Assembly: GCA_963708025.1 (NCBI GenBank) | Contig: CAVPSB010000013.1 | Location: 160,001-224,000 of the forward strand | Source of the DNA: an uncultured Candidatus Rokubacteria bacterium | GTDB lineage: Bacteria > Methylomirabilota > Methylomirabilia > Rokubacteriales > DASRDR01 | Direction of reading: 5' to 3' | DNA: 64,000 nucleotides | In this document: piece by piece, positions 45,119 to 54,986 of the stretch | How the letters are laid out: each line of letters starts with the position of its first letter | Position numbering within the stretch: position 1 is the first letter of the stretch | Notes under the pieces: model-generated | Database searches by the model: none | The model's input: only the letters and a program-made list of their open reading frames with translations | Told to the model about the DNA's origin: nothing | Made by a program: the position numbers and the translations under genes

Positions 45119-46691
45119 TCACCGGCCGGCCCTGGTCCGCGACTGCGCCTGGAAGCGGGCGCGGAGTCCGTCGAGCGTGTCGGCCTCCTCGGGCCGCTTG
45201 TCGTCCCGGATGCGGGTGATGCGCGCGAAGCGGAGCGCGTAGCCGGAGGGGTAGCGGGGGCTCGACTGGATCTCGTTGTAGGCCACCTCGACGACCACCT
45301 CCGGGCGCACTCGGACGGTGTACCCGTCGTCGCCGACCGCGAGCGCCTGGAGGCGCGCCGTCATCGCCGCGAACTCGCGGTCGGTCAGCCCCTTGAACGT
45401 CTTCCCGACCTCGGCCAGCCCGCCCTCACCGTCGCGGACCGCCAGGTGGTAGTTCGAGAGCCAGCCCCGGCGGCGGCCGGAGCCCCGGTCGGCGGCCACG
45501 ATCACGCAGTCGAGCCGGTCGGCCAGCTTGAGCTTGAACCAGCGGGTCCCGCGGACGCCGGGCGTGTAGGGGCTGTCGAGCGCCTTGGCCATCAGCCCCT
45601 CGTGGCCGGCGTCGAGCGACGCCCGGAGGAAGGCCTGCGCCTCGGCCACGTCGCCGGCGATCCGGCGCTCGGCGAGGTGGTGCCCCCCGGTCAGCGCGGC
45701 GAGCGCCGCCCAGCGGTCGGCGTACGGTCGGTCCACCAGGGAGGCGCCGCCGGCGTAGAGGCAGTCGAAGAGGTAGAGCCGCACCGGGACCGCCCGCGCG
45801 ACTTCCGCGACCTCGTGGACCCGCCGGAAGCGTCGCATCAGCTCCTGGAAGGGCAGCGGGCGGCCGTCGGGTGCGACCGCTACCACCTCCCCCTCGAGGA
45901 TCGCGTCGCCCTCGCCCAGCTCGCCGCGGGCCAGCTCGACCAGCTCGGGCAGGCTCGCGGTCACGTCCGTGAGCCGCCGGCTCCAGACGCGGACCACCTC
46001 GGCGCCCCGGTGGATCTGGATCCGGGCGCCGTCGTACTTCGTCTCCAGCGCGGTGCGCCCGCCGTGCTCGGCCAGGATGTGCCCGAGATCCTCGGCCGGC
46101 TCGGCGAGCATCGGCAGGAGCGGCACGAACAGCCGGACCCCGACCGCGCGCAGGGCAGCCTCCCCTTCGGCGAGCGCCAGCCGGGCGACCTCCGAGGGGT
46201 CGGAGACGAAGAAGCTGGCCCGGCGCACCAGGTCCGGGGGGAGGCCGGCGGCGCGGGCGATCGCTTCCTGGATGAGGCCGTCGTGGACGCCGATGCGCAT
46301 CTCGCCGCCGAGGATGGCGACCAGGACCTCGCGCTCCTCGGCCGGGGCGGCGACCAGGAGGTCCCGGAGCACGCCGGCCTTGGCGCTCCGCGACCCGGCC
46401 CCCGCCGCGTCCGCGACGGCCGAGAACGCGCGGGCGGCGTCGAGGAGGCCGAGCGGTCGCGGCGGCGCCGGCGCCGGGTCGGCGGGCAGCGGCCACAAGG
46501 CGGCCGGGGTCAGGTTGAGGACGCGGGGATCGGAGGCGGGCAGCGGGCGGCCGGCGAGAAAGGCGACGGCCCAGGGCACCTCCTCCGGGGTGAGGCCCCG
46601 GAGGAAGTCGGCGACGAGCCCTACCTTCTCGAGGCGGCCCCGCGTGCGGGCCAGCTGGCGGGCGAGCCGGGCGAGATCCCCGAGCGGTCAC
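45119..46691 (-). CDS. ATP-dependent DNA ligase (LigB/archaeal type); probable frameshift in first codons
   Basis: GEMRIG, PMLAE, ETKYDGAR, LEGE, LFD, EGLMAK, WFKLK, GYALRFAR. Confidence 0.92.
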
Positions 46692-46737
46692 GCGTTCATT
46701 CTACGGCGGCCCGGAATCCGCCCGGCTCGCCGGGGAC

Positions 46738-47082
46738 TCAGGCGGGGCGCAGCTTGGCCGAGCTTTCGGGCGCCGGCCTGGCCGGCTCGCGCTGACGCTC
46801 CCACTCCTCGCGCTTCTTGTCCAGCGCGTGGAGTTCGATGGCCTCGTGGATCTCGGCCGCGCGCTCCACCAGGTTCCAGAGAACGGCCCGGTAGAACCGC
46901 ACGCCGAGCGCCCCCAGCGTCGTGTCCATCCGGACGCCGTAGCGCCTCCGCGCCTCGCCGACCGCGCAGGTCACCCAGTTCGACGCCAGCTCACGCTCGT
47001 CGGCCGTGAAGCCCGGATACTGGAAGAAGCCGAGGATCCGGCGCCGCCGCGCCGCTTCGATACGCTGCTCCCACCTCTGCAT
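46738..47082 (-). CDS. Hypothetical protein (114 aa)
   Basis: GGAG RBS; FT..ERELASNWVTCAVGE. Confidence 0.6.
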   Translation of the reverse strand: MQRWEQRIEAARRRRILGFFQYPGFTADERELASNWVTCAVGEARRRYGVRMDTTLGALGVRFYRAVLWNLVERAAEIHEAIELHALDKKREEWERQREPARPAPESSAKLRPA

Positions 47083-47116
47083 GCTGTCAGTCTCCTGTCG
47101 GGTCCGGTGATCGTCG

Positions 47117-47425
47117 TCAGACCTCGGGTCGCGTCGCGTCCGGGTCGTCGGCGTCAGGCGCTGGCTCCTCCGCGTCGCCAGCGAGGATCCGGATGCTCAC
47201 CGCGTCGTCGAGCACCGCCGCCTGATGGAGCTGCACCCACTGGAAGCCCATCGCCAGCGCGCCGCGGATCGCGATCGCGACCGCCTCATTGACGGCCGCC
47301 TCGATCGACGCCTCGGAGTGATCGGCCAGCGGTGCCGTGGTCTCGATGGCAGCCGTCCGCGCCAGCGCCGGTGACGCGAGCGCGAGCGCCAGCGCGAGCA
47401 AAAAGGCGAATCGAGTGAATCGCAT
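47117..47425 (-). CDS. Hypothetical secreted protein (102 aa)
   Basis: GGAGG RBS; classic signal peptide ..ALASPALA. Confidence 0.75.
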   Translation of the reverse strand: MRFTRFAFLLALALALASPALARTAAIETTAPLADHSEASIEAAVNEAVAIAIRGALAMGFQWVQLHQAAVLDDAVSIRILAGDAEEPAPDADDPDATRPEV

Positions 47426-47682
47426 GAGTCCACCTCCGGGCGATGTGGTATCTCGCCCAGCGGATCTTGCACGCTACATGCCGGGCGGCGCGGCGCCGTC
47501 AGGGACGGGTATGGTGAGTGAGCCGGACGGGATGGCTGAGGCCTCTCATCGGCGCCGCACCGCCAGGCACTCGCGAATCGGCACGCCTCTGCATCTCCGG
47601 CGACTGCGTGCCGCGGTGTCGGCGCGATGACGGGCGCGTCGGCCTTCCGAGCGCCGGCGCCCGGGCGATGACGGCGCGACGG

Positions 47683-47940
47683 TCAGGCCAGCAGGTGGAG
47701 GACGAGCCCCCAGAGCCCGAGGGTCACGAGGGTGGCGGCGGCGGCGAGCAGGTCGGCGAAGGGGACGCGCGAGAGCCGAGAGCTTGTCACCTGTTGAGGC
47801 CCCGGAGCCAAAAAAAGAGGCGACCGCGGCCGGCGACGAACGCGCCGAGGCGATCGCGCCCGCGTGACGCCGGGCCGCGGACGCCCGGAAGCCGGGAGGT
47901 CCGACACGAGTGGCGCGACGGTGGGCCGCACGGCCGTCAA
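47683..47940 (-). CDS. Small basic protein with C-terminal TM, coupled to lexA
   Basis: TTGA overlap with the lexA stop; C-terminal LLAAAATLVTLGLWGLVLHLLA. Confidence 0.55.
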   Translation of the reverse strand: MTAVRPTVAPLVSDLPASGRPRPGVTRARSPRRVRRRPRSPLFLAPGPQQVTSSRLSRVPFADLLAAAATLVTLGLWGLVLHLLA

Positions 47941-48557
47941 GCTCCGCGGACCAGACCGACCACCTTGCCGACGATCCGGAAGTCGTGCTCGCCGGGCTGC
48001 ACGACGATCGGCGGGAGGGTCGGGTGCTCGGGCTTCAGGACCACGGCCTCACCGTCCCGGGTGAAGCGCTTCACCGTCGCCTCCCCGTCCACGAGTGCCA
48101 CGACGATCTCGCCCGGTTGAGCATGGTCCTGGCGCCGCACGACGACCACGTCGCCGTCGACGATGTGCGCGTTGATCATGCTCTCGCCGTGGACTCGCAG
48201 GCTGAAGATCTCGTCCGCCCGGCTCCCGAACCAGTCGGCCGCCAGGGGAAGGGTCCCCTCCCGGTTTTCCTCCGACTGGAGCGGCGTGCCCGCCGCGATG
48301 CGCCCGAGGATCGGGATCTCCCGCGCTGCCGTCGTCCGGTCGGCGAGGGTCAGCGCCCGGGAGGTCCGCCCGCTGCTCGCCCGGCGGCGCAGGTAACCCT
48401 TTCGCTCGAGGGCCCGCAGGTGGTCGAAGGCGGCACGCGGCGTCACGTGGAAGCGCTCGCCGATCTCGCGCACCGTCGGCGGCACGCCGTGCCGCTGCGA
48501 GAAGGTGCGGATGAAGCTGAGGACTTCCTGCTGCCGCCGGGTCAGCCGAGGCTCCAT
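47937..48557 (-). CDS. lexA: SOS repressor LexA
   Basis: LTRRQQEVL, PPTVREIG, Ala-Gly cleavage site GRIAAG, GESM (Ser), ATVKR (Lys). Confidence 0.97.
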   Translation of the reverse strand: MEPRLTRRQQEVLSFIRTFSQRHGVPPTVREIGERFHVTPRAAFDHLRALERKGYLRRRASSGRTSRALTLADRTTAAREIPILGRIAAGTPLQSEENREGTLPLAADWFGSRADEIFSLRVHGESMINAHIVDGDVVVVRRQDHAQPGEIVVALVDGEATVKRFTRDGEAVVLKPEHPTLPPIVVQPGEHDFRIVGKVVGLVRGA

Positions 48558-48613
48558 CGCCCCTCCCTCCGAGACGCTGCGCACGCCGCTCACGAACCTG
48601 CCCCGTCACCCGG

Positions 48614-48643
48614 ACTCTACTCAACATACGTTGAGGCAGTCAA
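48614..48643 (-). promoter_or_regulatory. lexA promoter TTGACT-N18-TAGAGT with palindrome CTCAAC-N4-GTTGAG (48620-48635) in the spacer
   Basis: Perfect 6-bp arms between -35 and -10. Confidence 0.7.
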
Positions 48644-48666
48644 GCAAAAAAAACGGGCCGGGGGGG

Positions 48667-49224
48667 TCAGGTCGATTCAGACGTGGCGACCGCCTCCTGG
48701 GGATCGCAGACCGGGCAGGGCCGGAGCCCCAGCTCCCAGCCCTCCGCCGCCGTCTTCATGGCGATGCGCTCGGTCTCGGGGATGCGGGTCGCCCACGCGC
48801 AGCCCATGCGGTGGAGAAGACGACCGCCGCGCTGAGTGCAGAACGGCTCCCGCGGCGCGAGCATCGACGCGTCGGTCTCCTCGAAGGGGCCGCTCAGGTC
48901 CGGCGTCAGCCCCCGGGGGACATCCCCGGGCTCCGCCGCGGGAAGGGACACGACCGGCGTCTCCAGTCCAGCGGTCGACGCGGCAGCCAGGCCCTCGGCC
49001 GCCGGAGTGGCGGGAGCCGGGGCGGTGGCGGAGGGCGGGAGGATCGACTCCTCGTTGAGGTTCAGGTTCGTCTCGATGGTCGAGCGGAACTCGTCGCTTG
49101 CCCGGCGGAACTCGCGGAGGGCCCGCCCGAGCCGGCGGCCGAGATCGGGCAGCTTGTCCGGGCCGAAGACCAGCAGGGCGAGCACCATCACGACGAGGAG
49201 TTCCTGGACTCCGATGTCGAGCAT
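48667..49224 (-). CDS. tatB: TatA/TatB family translocase subunit with C-terminal Ada-type Zn-binding domain
   Basis: [39 protein letters not shown]-terminal H-x3-C...RPCPVCDP. Confidence 0.8.
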   Translation of the reverse strand: MLDIGVQELLVVMVLALLVFGPDKLPDLGRRLGRALREFRRASDEFRSTIETNLNLNEESILPPSATAPAPATPAAEGLAAASTAGLETPVVSLPAAEPGDVPRGLTPDLSGPFEETDASMLAPREPFCTQRGGRLLHRMGCAWATRIPETERIAMKTAAEGWELGLRPCPVCDPQEAVATSEST

Positions 49225-49365
49225 GACAGGTATGCGAGATCGTACACGATGGCGCGAGGCCGCGCACCCTCGTTTTTTCCCGGGTCGACGCCGCCGGCGA
49301 GCCAGGCGACGCAGGGCAGGAGGGCGCCGGGGAGCGGCGCCGGCCTCGGCCGGCGGGGCGGTCGA

Positions 49366-49719
49366 TCAGCCGATGAGGGCGGCGACCGCGTTGAGCAGGG
49401 TCTTCGGCACGAACGGCTTGGACACCCGGGCGTCGACTTTCAGGCTGCCCAGGTCGGCGCTCTCGGCGCCGGTGGCAAGGACGACGATGGGGATCTTGTT
49501 GTAGGTCGCGTCCTTCTGCATCTGGACGATCAGCTCCGGACCCGACATCTCGGGCATCCGAAGGTCCGTGATCACCAGGTCGAACGTATCGGCCTCCAGG
49601 CGACGCATCGCCTCCACGCCGTTCGGGACCACGTTCACGGTGTAGCCCGACTTGGTCAGGATGTCCTTGATGACTGCCAGGATCGAGGGATCGTCATCGA
49701 CTGCGAGCACGCGCCTCAT
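49366..49719 (-). CDS. Single-domain response regulator (REC)
   Basis: VDDD, DLVITDLRMP, KPF. Confidence 0.93.
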   Translation of the reverse strand: MRRVLAVDDDPSILAVIKDILTKSGYTVNVVPNGVEAMRRLEADTFDLVITDLRMPEMSGPELIVQMQKDATYNKIPIVVLATGAESADLGSLKVDARVSKPFVPKTLLNAVAALIG

Positions 49720-49960
49720 TGATGCCCTCGTCCTCCGCGAAGGATGTCCTGGCCGAGCCCTTCTGGCCTCGGCCGCCCCTCAGCCGCACCTGCCAAACCC
49801 GCGCCCATCCTAGTCTGGCGGGGGTCGCGCAGTCAAGAAGTCCGCGAACGGGTCCGCGAACGGGGGCGCCGATTCAGGCCGCCCAGCGGGGGTGGGCTCG
49901 GGCGGCCGCTGAGCGGGGAATGGGAAATCGGCCGGGTCTTCCGAGACCCGGCCGATGATC

Positions 49961-50950
49961 CTAGCGCGGGGGGGCCACGTCGACCTGGAAGACCGGGACG
50001 GTGCCGGGAAACCCGCGAAGCGCGACGTTGCCCAGGAGGACCGCCTGGGCGCCGCTGGGCCCGAGCGCCGCCAGCGCCTCTTCGGAGATGACCAGCGAGT
50101 TCTTGCCGGCGCCGCGTCCGTGGAGCGTCTCCATGGCGCTCCCCAGACGCACGGTCTTCAGAACGGCCAGCCCGGTCCGGTTTCCTCGCGTGTCGGCGAA
50201 CGTCGGCCCCACGTGGAGGGTGGCCCGGAAGGCGGTCTCGACGCCTGGCGGCATCGCTACGTTGATCGTCGGCAGCCGGGCGTACATGCCGCGGACCGCT
50301 TCGAGCGCCTGCTCCGCCCGGTCGAAGCAGAAGAGGAAGCCGTCACCGTGGCCGTCCACGCTGCGCGTGCCGTGCTGGCGCGCCACCGGGATGAACGCGG
50401 TCTCGATCCGGCGCAGGAGGTCCCGGAAGAAGGCATCGCCGCGCTCCCGGATCAGCTCGGTCGACTGGACGAGGTCGAGGACCAGGATGGCCTCGGCCGC
50501 CGCCGGTCGCTCGGCGTCGGCGCGGGCCGTTGCCTCCGCCCGCTCCCGGTCGGCCTCCTGCCGCTCCCGGGCCCGCGCCCGATAGCGGGCGGCCCGGGCC
50601 CGCCCGACACGGGCCTCCAGGCGGCGGAGGACAGAGAGGGTCAGCACCCCCATGAGCAGCGCGAGCAGGATGGTCACGAACTCCGCGACCTGGCCGACGG
50701 GCGTGTGCGGCCGGGGCCAGGCGCCGGCCGGAATCAGCTGCAGCGCAACCCAGCCGAGGCCCGCCAGGCTCACCAGGACGACGCCGGTGACGGCCAGCCA
50801 GCGGAGAAGCGAGAGCAGGATGATCGGCCAGCGTGACGTCGGGGTGTCGGCCGACGCGCCGGGGTTTCGCGCGGCCACCTTCCCGACCGCTGGACGGCCT
50901 TCGGCCCGTGGCCGGGGGGACGGCGGGGTCGGAGTAACCGACTCCTTCAC
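49961..50950 (-). CDS. Membrane-bound class III nucleotidyl cyclase (2 TM); start uncertain
   Basis: LVLDLVQST, GDGFLFCF, FRATLHVG, LVISE, LRGFP. Confidence 0.8.
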   Translation of the reverse strand: MKESVTPTPPSPRPRAEGRPAVGKVAARNPGASADTPTSRWPIILLSLLRWLAVTGVVLVSLAGLGWVALQLIPAGAWPRPHTPVGQVAEFVTILLALLMGVLTLSVLRRLEARVGRARAARYRARARERQEADRERAEATARADAERPAAAEAILVLDLVQSTELIRERGDAFFRDLLRRIETAFIPVARQHGTRSVDGHGDGFLFCFDRAEQALEAVRGMYARLPTINVAMPPGVETAFRATLHVGPTFADTRGNRTGLAVLKTVRLGSAMETLHGRGAGKNSLVISEEALAALGPSGAQAVLLGNVALRGFPGTVPVFQVDVAPPR

Positions 50951-51048
50951 GGGCGTCCGGAGCGTGGGAACCGTCGCACCGGAGTCGGCGCGCTCGGTTT
51001 CTCGGATCGCATGGCCACTCGCGGGCTCGTCCGAGACCCCCGGCGCCC

Positions 51049-53055
51049 TCAGCGGGTGGTGCGGGCCCGGCCGCTCGCCTCGTAGATCTTGGCTTCGACG
51101 AAGAGGTCGAGCAGGATGCGGTCGATGCGGCCTGCCCGCGCCTCGGTTCTCAGGATGTCGAGCGCCCGCTCGGCCGGCACCGCCGGCTTGTACGGGCGGT
51201 CGGCCGCCGCCAGGGCGTCGTACACGTCGGCGATGGTCATCATCCGGGCCTGGATGGGCACTTCGGCTTCTCGCACGCCCCGCGGGTAGCCGGAGCCGTC
51301 GAGGCGCTCGTGGTGACTGTAGGCGATGAGCGGCACCCGCCGCAGCTCCTTCGTCCAGGGGATCTGCATGAGGAAGCGGAAGCTGTGCGTCACGTGGGAC
51401 TCGATCTCCTGCCGCTCCTCGTCGTTCAGGCTGCCGCGGGGGATCGCCAGGTTGCGGATCTCGTAGTCGCTGAGGTATGGCCGGAGCGTGCCGTCGAAGT
51501 AGGCGTAGGTCTGCTCGCCCAGCGCGCGGAGATTGGCCGCGACCTCCGACCGCAGCACGGTGGGCTCGTTGAGCCGCAGCACGAGATCGAGCTGCTGACC
51601 CACCTCGGCCAGGCGCCGCTCCAGCTCCTCTTCGAGCTGCTTGACCTGGGGCCGGGCGGCCTCGGCCCCGACGCGCGTGATCACGTCGATGATCCGGCGC
51701 GCGCACTCGTACTGGATCGTCCGCTTGATGAAGTCGAACCGGGCCCCGATGACGCCCAGCTCCGGATCGAAGAGCTTCTTCGCCTTGACCAGGACGTGCT
51801 CGCGCACGCCGACCTTGCCGATGTCGTGCAGGATCGCCGCGTACTCGATCTCCTTCAGCTCGTCCCGGGTGAAGCGGACCTCGCGGTACTCGCCGGCGGT
51901 CACCTTGTCCACCACCCGGGCCAGCCCCAGCGTCAGGCGGGCGACCCGGTCCGAGTGACCCGCGGTGGCCGGATCCCGCTGCTCGATGGCGGTCACGGAG
52001 GCGCGGACGATGCCCTCGAGCAGTCGCTCGATGCGGCTGAGGAGGAGCGCCTTGTTGAGGGCCACCGCCGCCAGGCTCGCCAGCGAGCTGACCATCTCCT
52101 GGTCCCGGGCCCCGAATGGCTGGGCCTCGGCCTGGGCCGCCTCCGGGGTGTCGAGGCGGACCCGCGGCGAGCGCTTCTTGTTGATGACCTGGATGACGCC
52201 GATGATCTCGTCGGTGTGGTCGACCATCGGGATGACCAGCATCGACACCGTCCGGTAGCCCAGGGCCTGGTCCATCCGGTGGCTGTGGGTGTACTCGACC
52301 CCGTCGGCCAGCCGGTACACGTCCGGGAGGTTCAGCGGGTTCCGGGTGAGGGCGACGTAGCCGGCCAGGCTGGCCCGGTTGAGCGGGAGGCGGGCCGTCT
52401 TCAGGTCGAGGCTCTTGGAGTCGTTCTGGGCGACCACGAAGCGGAGCATCCGCTCGCTCTCGGCCTCCCACCGACCGGGCTCCCCTTCCTTCTCCTCCAC
52501 CAGGTAGAGGCTCCCCGCGTCGGCGGTGGTCACCTCACGACACTTGGTGAGGATCAGCTCCATGAGCCGGTTCACGTCCCGCTCGGCGGACAGGGCGAGG
52601 GCGACCCGGTTGAACTCCTTGAAGTCGACGACCTGCCGGACCAGCTCGGTCCGGAGGCCCTGGGCCGCCTGGACGTCGGCCAGGTACCGGAAGGTGCCGC
52701 GGATCTTGCGCACCAGGTGGTCCGGGTGGAAGGGGACCTCGAGGAAGTCGTCGATGGGCAGGAGGTTCAGGATCCGGGCCGCCTCCCCCAGCCGCTCCCG
52801 CTCGACGGCGACGATCACGGACACGGCGACGACCTGGAGGCCCCGGAGCCACTGGTCCACGATCCCCGGGTTCCGGGCAACCCGGTCCCAGTCGGCGACG
52901 ACGACCACCTGGTCGAAGGGGGGCAGGCCGGAGGGGATCTCGCCGCCCTCCCCGAGGGGGACCCGGACGATCTGGGGGTCGAGGGCCAGAAGCTCCCGGA
53001 AACCCGTAGCTTCCTGGTCCGCGGACCAGAGCAGCAGGCCCTTCAACCGAGCCAT
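51049..53055 (-). CDS. GAF + HD-GYP cyclic di-nucleotide phosphodiesterase with degenerate N-terminal REC-like domain
   Basis: ADAGSLYL, IGVIQVINK, TAGHS, LHDIGK, HHERLDGSGYP, IADVYDAL..RPYK. Confidence 0.92.
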   Translation of the reverse strand: MARLKGLLLWSADQEATGFRELLALDPQIVRVPLGEGGEIPSGLPPFDQVVVVADWDRVARNPGIVDQWLRGLQVVAVSVIVAVERERLGEAARILNLLPIDDFLEVPFHPDHLVRKIRGTFRYLADVQAAQGLRTELVRQVVDFKEFNRVALALSAERDVNRLMELILTKCREVTTADAGSLYLVEEKEGEPGRWEAESERMLRFVVAQNDSKSLDLKTARLPLNRASLAGYVALTRNPLNLPDVYRLADGVEYTHSHRMDQALGYRTVSMLVIPMVDHTDEIIGVIQVINKKRSPRVRLDTPEAAQAEAQPFGARDQEMVSSLASLAAVALNKALLLSRIERLLEGIVRASVTAIEQRDPATAGHSDRVARLTLGLARVVDKVTAGEYREVRFTRDELKEIEYAAILHDIGKVGVREHVLVKAKKLFDPELGVIGARFDFIKRTIQYECARRIIDVITRVGAEAARPQVKQLEEELERRLAEVGQQLDLVLRLNEPTVLRSEVAANLRALGEQTYAYFDGTLRPYLSDYEIRNLAIPRGSLNDEERQEIESHVTHSFRFLMQIPWTKELRRVPLIAYSHHERLDGSGYPRGVREAEVPIQARMMTIADVYDALAAADRPYKPAVPAERALDILRTEARAGRIDRILLDLFVEAKIYEASGRARTTR

Positions 53056-53282
53056 GGTTTCTCCCAAGCTCCGGGGGCCACGCTCCAAGGCGCGTAGCGG
53101 GACCGGACCCGTATAATGCGGGCCCGCCGTCCGGTGTGTCAAGATTCGTGTTGCGCCCGACGGCCGCGCAGGCGTTTCGTTACAACGGCTTCCGTGGAGA
53201 GCCGCCACCCCGCGGCGGGCGGGCGGAGGCGGACGGCCAGGCGATGTGCGAGCGGGGGGCCCGAGCCATTCCCACCGTCCAT

Positions 53283-53390
53283 CGGCTGCTCGCACCCCCT
53301 CTGGCTCCGGCCGCGCGGCCGTGGCGCTCCGCTTCGTGCCGCGGCCTCCGGGGGGGGGGCCTCGGGGGGGGGTCTTCCACCCCCCCGAAG
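53283..53390 (+). repeat. Intergenic repeat family B, copy 2
   Basis: Matches copies at 38247 and 55081. Confidence 0.8.
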
Positions 53391-53419
53391 ATCTCAGAGC
53401 GTGTGAACGAATCGGGTCC

Positions 53420-53481
53420 TCCGGCTCCCCCCTCCCCCCAGTGGGTGGGGGAGGGGGGTTGGGGGGTGGGAGGGAGGTCCC
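53420..53481 (-). repeat. Intergenic repeat family A, copy 3 (inverted)
   Basis: Reverse complement of the 41291 copy. Confidence 0.85.
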
Positions 53482-53488
53482 GAAGATC

Positions 53489-54364
53489 TCAGGGTCCCGC
53501 CCGAGGATGCCCGGCCAGCGGCTCGGAGGCCGGTCCCCGGTTCTCCGCGTCCAGCGCTCGCCAGAGCAGCGCCAGGATCGCGATCAGGTACATGTGCCCG
53601 GCCGACCACATGATGCCGCCGCCCAGGCCCTGGTCCTCGAGCGCCGAGAAGCCGAACAGCGTGCCGGCGGAGGCCTGGTACGTGGGATACAGCACGCGCT
53701 CCGTCAGCCCGATCAGGGCGCCGAGGAGCGTGTTCTGCGCGGTGGCCAGCACCAGGTACGCGATCCGGACGCCATAGTAGAGGCCGCCCCGGGGGCCCCG
53801 GACGCGGGGGGCGGGATCGACGATCGGCCACCAGAAGAGGACGGCGGTGGCGAAGAAGCTCAGGTGCTCGAGGTCGTGGATCACCTCGTGTCGGAGGGCC
53901 GCCTCGTAGGCCGGCGGCCAGTGCCAGCCCCAGAGGGTCAGCGTGTAGAGGAGCCCGGCGACCGGCAGCCGGGTCAGGGCGCGCAGCAGCCGGCGGGCCA
54001 GGCTCCCGTCCACAAGGTACCGCCGGAAGTCACGACGCAGCCGCCTCGGCAGGCCCCACATGGAGAAGGGGAACGGGTTGGCCAGGAGGAGGAGCGGGGG
54101 GGCGATCATCTGGAGGAGCTGGTGTTGCACCATGTGGACGGTCAGGAGCCGGGTCGCCAGGGAGTCGATCGGCGACATGAGAGCGACCGCGACGATGGCG
54201 AGTCCCGTCAGGTAAGCGGCGAGCCGCCACCGGGGTGCGAGAAGGTCCCCTCCCTGCCGGCGGAGCGCCCGCCAGCCCCGGAGATAGTTGACGGCGAGCA
54301 CGAGCAGGACGAGGCTCACGTCGGGACGCCACGGCCAGGGAAGCCACTCGGACTCGACGCTCAC
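53489..54364 (-). CDS. ctaG: Cytochrome c oxidase assembly factor (Caa3_CtaG family)
   Basis: SPID, HMVQHQLL..APPLL, WHWP, HDLEH, FWW, DQGLGG.IMW. Confidence 0.88.
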   Translation of the reverse strand: MSVESEWLPWPWRPDVSLVLLVLAVNYLRGWRALRRQGGDLLAPRWRLAAYLTGLAIVAVALMSPIDSLATRLLTVHMVQHQLLQMIAPPLLLLANPFPFSMWGLPRRLRRDFRRYLVDGSLARRLLRALTRLPVAGLLYTLTLWGWHWPPAYEAALRHEVIHDLEHLSFFATAVLFWWPIVDPAPRVRGPRGGLYYGVRIAYLVLATAQNTLLGALIGLTERVLYPTYQASAGTLFGFSALEDQGLGGGIMWSAGHMYLIAILALLWRALDAENRGPASEPLAGHPRAGP

Positions 54365-54371
54365 GGCGCGT

Positions 54372-54986
54372 TCACCCGGCGGGCGCGAGCAGGCCCCGCA
54401 GGTACGCCCGCGACTGGGGCGCTGCCCAGTCGCGGAATCCGAGCACGGTGCCGACGAGGGCGCCGCGCCGGTCGATGAGGACGCTGGTCGGGAGCACCGT
54501 CACCCGGTACTGACGGGTCACCGCGCCGTCCGGGTCGAGCAGCACCGGCAACGCGAAGCCGGCCTCGCGGATGAACTGGCGGACCGCCTGGACCCCTTCC
54601 TGGTAGTTCACCGCCAGCACGACGAGCCCTTGCCGGTCGAGGTCGCGGGCGAGGGCCTGCATGGCCGGCATCTCCTCGCGGCAGGGCGCGCACCACGTGG
54701 CCCAGAAGTTGAGCAGCACGACCCGGCCGCGGTAATCCTCGAGCCGGACGGGACCGCCGCCGAGATCCTGGAGAGCGAGGGCCGGGGCCGGCGACGGGGC
54801 GGCACGGATGACGTCGAAGGCCGGCCCCGTGTCCGGGGACTGCCGGGGTCGGCCCCAGACCAGGGCTCCGGCCAGCGCGGCGACCAGCACCGTGAGGAAG
54901 AGGACCAGCTCGAGCCGGCGCCGGCGTGGCCCCGGACGCGGCGCGGCCGGACCCTCGGAGTCGGGCGCCATCGGCTCGTCGATCAT
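54372..54986 (-). CDS. TlpA/ResA membrane-anchored thioredoxin
   Basis: LNFWATWCAPCREEMP, LPTS. Confidence 0.92.
   Translation of the reverse strand: MIDEPMAPDSEGPAAPRPGPRRRRLELVLFLTVLVAALAGALVWGRPRQSPDTGPAFDVIRAAPSPAPALALQDLGGGPVRLEDYRGRVVLLNFWATWCAPCREEMPAMQALARDLDRQGLVVLAVNYQEGVQAVRQFIREAGFALPVLLDPDGAVTRQYRVTVLPTSVLIDRRGALVGTVLGFRDWAAPQSRAYLRGLLAPAG

Noticed and set aside
49961-50950. Pycsar/CBASS-type defence system
   Set aside because: No cNMP-binding TM/TIR effector adjacent; the context is a housekeeping signalling cluster.
49961-52471. 836-aa ORF as one large cyclase protein
   Set aside because: Its 5' two-thirds is an alternate frame of the HD-GYP gene; only the last ~330 codons are protein-like.
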